Source: Pyrobaculum calidifontis JCM 11548
GTDB lineage: Archaea; Thermoproteota; Thermoprotei; Thermoproteales; Thermoproteaceae
Assembly (NCBI RefSeq): GCF_000015805.1
Contig: NC_009073.1
Location: 1,710,001 to 1,742,000 of the forward strand
Reading direction: 5' to 3'
DNA: 32,000 bases
Part shown: one piece after another, positions 18,998 through 25,555 of the stretch
How the letters are laid out: each line of letters starts with the position of its first letter
How positions within the stretch are numbered: position 1 is the first letter of the stretch
The notes under the pieces: generated by a model
Told to the model about the DNA's origin: nothing
The model's database searches: none
What the model saw: only the letters and a program-made list of their open reading frames with translations
Made by a program: the position numbers and the translations under genes

Positions 18998-19175
18998 TTC
19001 CGGCGTGCATGAATGGATCAACGAGGTCCCCACTGTCCCGGCCCGGGGCCCGGCGAACCCACCTCCAGGTGCACAGTCCTGGGACCCCCGACGGGGCGAG
19101 AAGTCCCTATGGAGCTTCACAGCAGCCTGTCGTTGCGGGGGGGCGGGGGGTGCAGAGCGTAGGTGGGAGCGATGA
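18450..19175 (+). CDS. I-DmoI-like LAGLIDADG homing endonuclease, intron 2-encoded (ORF reads through the 3' splice site)
   Basis: AYLLGLIVGDGGLYLLRYKGGRTEYRVVVTQK and FIRGLYDAEGDKT...LWNKNRRLLDLV...DDKRHGVYVLEV closely parallel I-DmoI as I recall it (AYLLGLIIGDGGLYKLKYKGNRSEYRVVITQK...). The probable start is ATG 18468. The conserved part ends near 18997. The last about 60 codons are 23S exon sequence. Confidence 0.85.
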   Translation: MAGVIFMSSVAYLLGLIVGDGGLYLLRYKGGRTEYRVVVTQKDAAIAENAAKMFHSLLKELGLGSKVQVISGRTRVEVRVSSKRLWQLFNDKLANLEGLAPDERIAFIRGLYDAEGDKTGRRARLWNKNRRLLDLVGSWLRELGIESRVYLDDKRHGVYVLEVPSPYRRRFFELLYPPQPPDSSGVHEWINEVPTVPARGPANPPPGAQSWDPRRGEKSLWSFTAACRCGGAGGAERRWER

Positions 19176-19768
19176 AACGGGGTCTCCGGGCCCCGTGGAT
19201 GCGACCCTGGAACACCACCCACTCTCCGCCCCTCCGCTTACCCGCCGCAAGGCGGGGACAGCGGCAGGCGGGCTGTTCGGCTGGGGCGGCACACCCCTGA
19301 AAAGATATCGGGGGTGCCCAAAGCTCGGCTCAGGCGGGTCAGAAATCCGCCGTAGAGTGTAAGGGCAAAAGCCGGGCTGACTGGGCCCTTGAACGCAAGG
19401 GGCCCAGGCGGGAAACCGGGGCCTAGAGAACGCTCGTGCCCCCACCAGTGGGGGCCGGGCATGACAGAAAAGTTACCCTAGGAATAACCGGCTCGTCGCG
19501 GGTGAGAGTCCCCATCGACCCCGCGGTTTGGTACCCAGACGTCGTCTCTTCCCATCCTGGCGGTGCAGCAGCCGCCAAGGGTGGGGCTGCCCGCCCATTA
19601 AAGGGGAACGTGAGATGGGTTCAGACCGTCGCGAGACAGGTCGGTCTCTACCTGTCGGGGGCGCTGGCCGCCTGAGGGGAAGGTGCCCTCAGTACGAGAG
19701 GAACGGGGCGCCGCGGCCTCTAGTGTACCGGTTGTCCGGCAGGGCACTGCCGGGCAGCCACGCCGTGG

Positions 19769-19803
<35 letters not shown>

Positions 19804-19992
19804 TCCCCGAGACGAGGCGGCCGTTGCCCTGGGGGCAACCCCGGGGCACGAGGGCTCCCGTAGAAGACGGGGTTGATGGGGGGGCGGTGTAACCCCCGAG
19901 GGTTTCCCGAGGGGAGAGCCGGCCCCTCCCAATCGCCCGAGCGTGCGGGGCGGCGGGCGAAAGGGCTGAGGCGGCGGCGTGGGGGTTCCCCT

Positions 19993-20124
19993 CTGTTTTC
20001 CTCAAGTCCTCGCCTTTTGAAACCCGCTGGGGGTAGACGGTTGCTGTGTTTTCTAGCTTTCAACGGCGCGTTGATCCCGGCGTGGTATTTTGTACAACCT
20101 CTCGGCGGTTTTTTCGTATTTTTT
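19993..20124 (+). terminator. T-run cluster downstream of 23S (putative archaeal terminators)
   Basis: T4 at 19996..19999, 20015..20018 and 20049..20052. T6 at 20109..20114 and 20119..20124. Confidence 0.35.
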
Positions 20125-20161
20125 CAACGTATTGTTTAAATATTAGAGTTTGTCGGTGGGT

Positions 20162-21154
20162 ATGCGGGTTTGGTGGCTGGTCTTGTTGGTGGCTGTTCTG
20201 GTGTTGGGGGGCAACGTGGATACTAATGGGCTTGTTCTGTTTGTTAACGATACTGGGGACTACCGGGGTTCTTACTACTTGAAGGTGTTTGATCTTCAGC
20301 GGTGGTGGGATGCGGGGTATTCTCGGGTGTTGGTTAGGGCTTCTGTGGGGGCTGAGTGGGCCTTTGAGAGGGTTGAGGGGTCTGTGCTGGATTTTGCCTT
20401 GTTTTGGGAGGATTGTACTAGTTGCGACTCCGCAGAGCCTCCTCCTGTGAAGAACGTTAATACGATTTACGAGGACGAGATTTTGAGGGTGACTTATGTG
20501 GGTGGTAGGTGGGTTGTCCAGGTGCTGTGGCACCAGGGCGGGTTTACTCACTGGGTGTATGTCAACGGCTCTCTGTTTTTTACGCACTTCGGGGGGTCTG
20601 TGGGGGGCGGCCCCTCCGGCGAGTTTTTTGGGGAGGTTCTGCGGGTTGATCTTAAGTCCTCCGGCGATCCGAGGGCTGATTCCTACGCGGTGTTTTATTC
20701 TCCTGGGTATGCGTGTCGGTCTTTGTTTGGCTTGTTGGGGTGGGCGGCTGTGCATGGGCTTGACGCTGGTGAGGCTAGTGGGTTGTTGAGGAGTTTTGGG
20801 TACTCGCTTTCTGTGAAGAGGGTTGACAGGAGGGATGGAGTGGTTTTGTTTTTCTTGTCTAACGGCTCTGTGGTGGAGGTCCCTGTGTTTTTCGAGGTGC
20901 AGTCCAACGGGACGGGGCTTTTCGTGGTGGGGAACCCGTCGTGTGTCAACGCGACGTATGTCGCCGTGGTGAGGCTTTCGGGGGGGGGGGGGGGGGAGGG
21001 GGGTGCTGAATTTCAGCTTGTCGGTTGGGGCGTGGGACGCAGTGCTGGCGGCGCCGGCTGTTTGGCGGGGGGAGGAGGCGAAGTACGACGTCTCTCTCTT
21101 CCTCTACGCCCCGCCGGGGGCGTACTCGCTGGGGAACTTCTCGGTGTCTTTTGA
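20162..21154 (+). CDS. giant secreted/surface protein D, 5' fragment (frame broken at the G17 tract)
   Basis: ATG 20162 lies 23 nt after TATA tttaaatatt (20135..20144). Signal peptide MRVWWLVLLVAVLVLGG and N-x-S/T sequons (NDT, NGS, NGT, NAT). Residues after the G-tract (GAEFQLVGWGVGRSAGGAG...) look non-coding. Confidence 0.7.
   Translation: MRVWWLVLLVAVLVLGGNVDTNGLVLFVNDTGDYRGSYYLKVFDLQRWWDAGYSRVLVRASVGAEWAFERVEGSVLDFALFWEDCTSCDSAEPPPVKNVNTIYEDEILRVTYVGGRWVVQVLWHQGGFTHWVYVNGSLFFTHFGGSVGGGPSGEFFGEVLRVDLKSSGDPRADSYAVFYSPGYACRSLFGLLGWAAVHGLDAGEASGLLRSFGYSLSVKRVDRRDGVVLFFLSNGSVVEVPVFFEVQSNGTGLFVVGNPSCVNATYVAVVRLSGGGGGEGGAEFQLVGWGVGRSAGGAGCLAGGGGEVRRLSLPLRPAGGVLAGELLGVF
20980..20996 (+). repeat. 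G17 homopolymer tract (followed by a, then G6) at a frame junction
   Basis: Counted directly: g at 20980 through 20996, a at 20997, g at 20998..21003. Confidence 0.95.
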
Positions 21155-22991
21155 CAAGCCGCGGCTTGTGGCGGGGAACCGGTCTATCGTCATGAGGCCT
21201 CTCCACGCGGTGTTTCTGCCTCTTGAGACTAGGCGGCTGGTGGACGCCTATGGGCCGTGCAACGAGGCGTTTTGGAAGGCCTTCGACGAGGTGGCGGACC
21301 CGTACGACTACTCCCTCCTGGGCGACGTCGCGCTTACGGTTATACCAGTGGGGAGGATCGCCGGCTTTTTCGGGAAGCTCCTGGGCGTGGGCAAGGCGGC
21401 TGAGAGGGCTGAGGGCTTGATCTCGGCGTTGAAGACGGTTTACTACGCGCTGGGCTCTTCCAAGTGGGCTAGGGCTGTGGGGACCGGCGTCGGCTTCGTG
21501 CTCCGGGATGCGTTCATAGCGGAGGACTTGAGGCAGATCTTAGAGCCGGAGGCGGCCGAGGAGGTCTTCTCGGCGTTTGGGGTGGACTTGGCTGAGGTGG
21601 AGCGGTTCCACGCAGGGGTGCTGACGCGGTCTTCGTGTAGCCACGCGGGCAGGTACTACGCGGCTGTGTACGTGTCTTGGGCGCAGCGGGTGTCGGCGGT
21701 GGTGGACCTCGCCTCGAACCTATACGCCAAGGTGTCGAGAGACGCGCTGGAGAAATTCGGCAACGCCTTCGTCAAGGTGGCCGAGGGGGCTAAGCTGTTT
21801 TCGCACGTCACCCATGCCGGCTACGTCGCGGCGCGGGCGTGGGGGCCGCATGAAATTGACGAGGATACGTGGGCAAAGGCCTTTACCAAGCTGGCCAGGG
21901 CCCTCACGGGGAGAGACGACGTGGCGGCCGTGGTGGCCACGACCCCCAACGGAATCGTGACGTCTGATAGGCAGTTGCACATAATTCTCGGCCTTGACAA
22001 GAAGAAAGGTGTTAACTACTTCAACCCGGGGCGGGCTGGCCGGAGCGTAAGCGTTGGGGGCCTTGACGTGTTTTATGAGGAGGGCGGTGAAGAGGCCGGT
22101 GGGTTCTACTTGGCGTGGTATGAGAAGCGGAAGCTTGTTAGGTGGACGTCTCCGGAGTTCTTCGAGGTGCTTCAGCAGAATGGCCTTGCCTGGGTTCTGC
22201 GGAGCAAGTTTGAAATGCGGAGCGTGAGGGGCGTCCGCTACGTGTGCTTCAACTACGAGGTGGAGTACGACGACGCGTTGTTCGGCGCCTTTGCGAGCCT
22301 GGCGACTATCTCCCAGTGGCACCAGAAGCTCGCCGCTCTGCCTCTGTTTTGGCTTCTCGGCCCCAGAATAGACGTGGTGCAAGCCGCCTACGAGGTGGAC
22401 ATGGCCCCGAAGGACGTGGCCGTCAAGGAGCTGGAGGGGCCGGTGGGGATGCTGGGGCTGGTGGGGTATTGGGAGAAGACCAGCTACTACCTACGCGACA
22501 TGCCGGGGGTGTATGTCCATTTAAGAGGCTGGAGGACCGGGGGCGCCGCCCCCGACGGCTTGGCTTTGGCTAATTGGAATGGGTGGAGGGTGGTGTGGGC
22601 CGAGGTGGCGAGGAAAATCGACGAGACTGTTAACAAGTTTAAGAGCAACGCGGCTAAGTTGCAGGAGGCCGGCATCTTGGCTGGGGGCTCCTTTACTCCA
22701 TACGGCTTTGCCCTCGCCGCGTTTAGGGTGGACGCGATGAGCGGTGTCACTGCGGGGGGCAACGCCTTTGGCAGTAGCCCAGTGTCTGACAAAGTCTTGG
22801 CGCATCCCCAGGCTAAGAGCAGGCTGGTGGAGTGGGCTGACGCCATGGACAGGCACAAGGTGGCGCCCCTATTGGCGGTCTACGAGGGCGATGGGCCGAG
22901 CTTCAAGGTGCGCGGAGTCTTGTTTGAACAACTCGTCGACTTTGACGACCCGGAGGTGAGGGCAGCCCTCTACAACTGCTTCAATAAATAA
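21003..22991 (+). CDS. giant protein D, 3' fragment (PD-(D/E)xK-like core near the C-terminus)
   Basis: This frame is open from 20973 and continues the homology to paralogue G across the tract (VRLSGGGGG/RGVLNFSLSV vs LRLSNKTGSSGVAHGSRLSLTNV). It has a hydrophobic segment LLGDVALTVIPVGRIAGFFGKLLGV. APDGLALANWNGWRVVWAEVARK and the C-terminal tail are homologous to ORF 11936..12973. Confidence 0.75.
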   Translation: MLNFSLSVGAWDAVLAAPAVWRGEEAKYDVSLFLYAPPGAYSLGNFSVSFDKPRLVAGNRSIVMRPLHAVFLPLETRRLVDAYGPCNEAFWKAFDEVADPYDYSLLGDVALTVIPVGRIAGFFGKLLGVGKAAERAEGLISALKTVYYALGSSKWARAVGTGVGFVLRDAFIAEDLRQILEPEAAEEVFSAFGVDLAEVERFHAGVLTRSSCSHAGRYYAAVYVSWAQRVSAVVDLASNLYAKVSRDALEKFGNAFVKVAEGAKLFSHVTHAGYVAARAWGPHEIDEDTWAKAFTKLARALTGRDDVAAVVATTPNGIVTSDRQLHIILGLDKKKGVNYFNPGRAGRSVSVGGLDVFYEEGGEEAGGFYLAWYEKRKLVRWTSPEFFEVLQQNGLAWVLRSKFEMRSVRGVRYVCFNYEVEYDDALFGAFASLATISQWHQKLAALPLFWLLGPRIDVVQAAYEVDMAPKDVAVKELEGPVGMLGLVGYWEKTSYYLRDMPGVYVHLRGWRTGGAAPDGLALANWNGWRVVWAEVARKIDETVNKFKSNAAKLQEAGILAGGSFTPYGFALAAFRVDAMSGVTAGGNAFGSSPVSDKVLAHPQAKSRLVEWADAMDRHKVAPLLAVYEGDGPSFKVRGVLFEQLVDFDDPEVRAALYNCFNK

Positions 22992-23013
22992 ATCCTCCCC
23001 CGTTTTTCGTCTC

Positions 23014-24078
23014 ATGGTCGAGCTCTTGTTTAGGGAGTGGCTTGCGGTTCGGAACATCAACTCGATCAACGACTATAAGGGGCCGTGCTCCGCGGGGGAG
23101 CCGCCGTACGACGGGACTATCGCCCTCCTCGGGAGGGCTGAGGGGGGCTTCGTCCTCGCCGTGCACGCCTCCTCAAACCGCTACTGGTTTCGGCGCATAT
23201 CGCACCTCGTAGACGTGGTCAAGGAAGGCGGAAAAGACGAGATATCGTACGTCGTGTTTGAGGGCCTGGTCTGGGCCAAGCCGATGGTGTATTTGAAAAG
23301 GGGGAAGGCAATCGTTAGGCTCATTCTAGTTAGGCGCCACACAGGCGGCTTTAAGCCTAAGTGCGTCCCGCCGCTTGGCGGCTCTAGGTGGTGGGGATAC
23401 GGCAGCTTCTACGAAGACATGCAGAAAATGACGGGCCTCAGCTACCCAGTCGGCGAGGTCCAACTCTACGTCCTCACAGAGCGCGGCCTCGAAGTACAGT
23501 GCGAGTACTGCATGTACGAGCTCCAAGAAATTATCCTGAGCCCGTGTAAGTACGCCTTCGGCGGCAGATGGCTTCCCTACTCGCCGATTGGCCCGCCGGT
23601 GAGGGCCCCGGGCGCGGGATCGCTGACCGGCGCCGAGCTGCCGGTAATAAGGCATAGGGATAGATACCTCCGGGTTGGCAACTGGATAGCTTGGCATAGA
23701 GTCCTCGGCGTTTTGGACGACGGCCGCTGGGTTTTAATTGGCGACGACGGCCTCTACGAGGCGGTTTTTCAGCCAACTGTGAATAACCCGCTGGGGGAGT
23801 TCGGCGAGGTTGGCTTCGTGAAGGTGCTGGGCCCGTACAACGGCGACGTGGACGAGGTGGCCTCCCCCTGCGGCGCTCCTAAGCTGGTGGCTTGCAACGA
23901 GGATACTAGACACCTCCTAGAGCCCCTCGGCCACAGGTGCGAGGCAGAGGGGGCCCACGTGACTCTGGTTACGAACACCCCGGTAGCGCTTGGCAGGGAA
24001 GTCGTCGACTGGCCGCTTACAGACACCTGCGGCCCTCTGCTGAGGCTAGGCGACGTGGACCTCTTCACCTGGGACTAG
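23014..24078 (+). CDS. uncharacterised family-1 protein, type B (second copy)
   Basis: 354 aa. The ATG lies 26 nt after TATA aataaataaat (22983..22993). Collinear with 10875..11939. Confidence 0.8.
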   Translation: MVELLFREWLAVRNINSINDYKGPCSAGEPPYDGTIALLGRAEGGFVLAVHASSNRYWFRRISHLVDVVKEGGKDEISYVVFEGLVWAKPMVYLKRGKAIVRLILVRRHTGGFKPKCVPPLGGSRWWGYGSFYEDMQKMTGLSYPVGEVQLYVLTERGLEVQCEYCMYELQEIILSPCKYAFGGRWLPYSPIGPPVRAPGAGSLTGAELPVIRHRDRYLRVGNWIAWHRVLGVLDDGRWVLIGDDGLYEAVFQPTVNNPLGEFGEVGFVKVLGPYNGDVDEVASPCGAPKLVACNEDTRHLLEPLGHRCEAEGAHVTLVTNTPVALGREVVDWPLTDTCGPLLRLGDVDLFTWD

Positions 24079-24347
24079 GGGCTGGCGGCAATCACTGCCG
24101 GCCTCGGCCGGCTGGTTAGACGCCGTCCTGAGTCAGGGAAACTCGGAGGGGCGTCCTTTACTGACACCCCGGTCTGATCTTCCGTCGGTCAAGACGCGTA
24201 AAATCTTGATGCCTGTCAGTCTGGTCAGGACAGGGGACGTGGAGCTGGCTTTTAGCCGGGCAAACGCGGCGGCTGTAGCCGCCGGAGCGGCCCATCGCCG
24301 GTCTGCCGCGGGCCGACAAGTTTATATTTTCGGCTGGCGGAGTTGGT

Positions 24348-25304
24348 ATGGCCGGCTGGAGCTACGTGGTGGGGAGACTCCCGCGGGGGGATCTGGTGTA
24401 CCGTTGCTACCTCAGTTTCTATAAGGACTCCTTCTACTGGGAAGGCTCTCTGGAGTGGTGGCGGCAGAATTTTAGGCTTAGGGTGATCCCCCGCGGCGAG
24501 AAGGACGACACGTATTGGGACGGCGACTTGCGGGGGTTTAGGGCGGCTTATGTGCCTCCGATGCCGGCGGGGGGCGGGTTTTCGCGGTGGTGGTGGCTTT
24601 GGGGGGTCTTCGCCTACGAGGGGCCTTTGGGGGTTTCCTACGTGGGGCTTGGGGGGGCGGCGGTGTCTGAGGGCTTCACGGCGGAGCGGCTTGGGGTTGA
24701 GCTAGAGGTTGAGAAGCTAGCTGGGCTGAGGGTGCACGGGGCTGGGGGCGGGGAGCTGGCCGGGGCGGAGTTGCCGGTGGTGAAGGAGAGGGGTAGGTAT
24801 CTCAGAGTGGGCAGGTGGCTCGCGTGGCACCGGGTGGCCGGCGTGCTTGAGGGCGGCAGGTGGGTGATCTTGGGCGACGACGGCCTCTACGAGGCGGAGT
24901 TCGTGGCCACTGCCAAGAACCCGCTGGAGGACTTCGGGGAGGTCGGCTTCGTGAAGGTGCTGGCGCCTTACGGAGGCTCTGAGCAAGACGTCGCCTCTCC
25001 CTGCGGCGCGCCTAGGCTGGTGGCGTGTAACGAGGAGGGGCTGAGGGTGGCCGGCGCCGTGTTGGACTACGTGAGGAGGGCGCTCAGGGAGGCGGGGGTG
25101 GAGGGCGTAGACCTCTTCGTCCCGTCCTCTTGGCGCTGCGCGAGACCTTTCGTCATCCCCGAGCTCGTGGAGGTGGACGTCCCGGACGAGGCGATCCTCC
25201 ACTGGCCCCTCGCTGACCCTTGCCCCCACGTCCTTAAGGTAGCCGCCGGCGACCCGCTAGGCCTCACGACCCCCGCCACGTGCTTCATGTGCTGGGAGTG
25301 GTGA
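24348..25304 (+). CDS. uncharacterised family-1 protein, type A (second copy)
   Basis: 318 aa. The ATG lies 23 nt after TATA tttatatttt (24321..24330). Collinear with 9853..10878 (RPFVIPELVEVDVPDEAILHWPLADPCPHVLKVAAGDPLGLTTP). Confidence 0.8.
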   Translation: MAGWSYVVGRLPRGDLVYRCYLSFYKDSFYWEGSLEWWRQNFRLRVIPRGEKDDTYWDGDLRGFRAAYVPPMPAGGGFSRWWWLWGVFAYEGPLGVSYVGLGGAAVSEGFTAERLGVELEVEKLAGLRVHGAGGGELAGAELPVVKERGRYLRVGRWLAWHRVAGVLEGGRWVILGDDGLYEAEFVATAKNPLEDFGEVGFVKVLAPYGGSEQDVASPCGAPRLVACNEEGLRVAGAVLDYVRRALREAGVEGVDLFVPSSWRCARPFVIPELVEVDVPDEAILHWPLADPCPHVLKVAAGDPLGLTTPATCFMCWEW

Positions 25305-25555
25305 TGGAGAGGCCTTACAGCCGCTGGTTCGGCGGGTCGCCTCTGCTCATACACGGGCCGCGCGGCGGGGCTTAAGTCCGGGGAGGGGCGGTGCGGTGGG
25401 GAGGGCGGGGCGGAGGCGCGTGCTTGCGGTGTACGGGGAGGGGGCGGAGATCTTCGTCGAGCGGTCGCTGAGGGGTTGCTCGCAATGAGGCGGGGACCGC
25501 CTGGCGGCTGGGGGCTTCTTGTCACCAAGACCGGCGGCGCGGGGGCTATTCTGCC

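Noticed and set aside
20060-20755. 231-aa minus-strand ORF, and similar shadows (21720..22382, 24717..25229, 25067..25615, 26552..27244, 28712..29239, 29738..30235)
   Set aside because: All are antisense to plus-strand genes supported by paralogy. They have Pro/Arg-rich low-complexity translations.
24079-24347. Possible small RNA or small ORF (24206..24424, 72 aa) in the E-F intergenic region. Short hairpins are present, e.g. cggcggc-tgta-gccgccg at about 24268..24286, and several ctga motifs.
   Set aside because: There is no C box (RTGATGA) with D box arrangement and no tRNA-like structure. The 72-aa ORF runs across the TATA box and start of gene F. Hairpins of 6-7 bp are expected by chance at this GC content.
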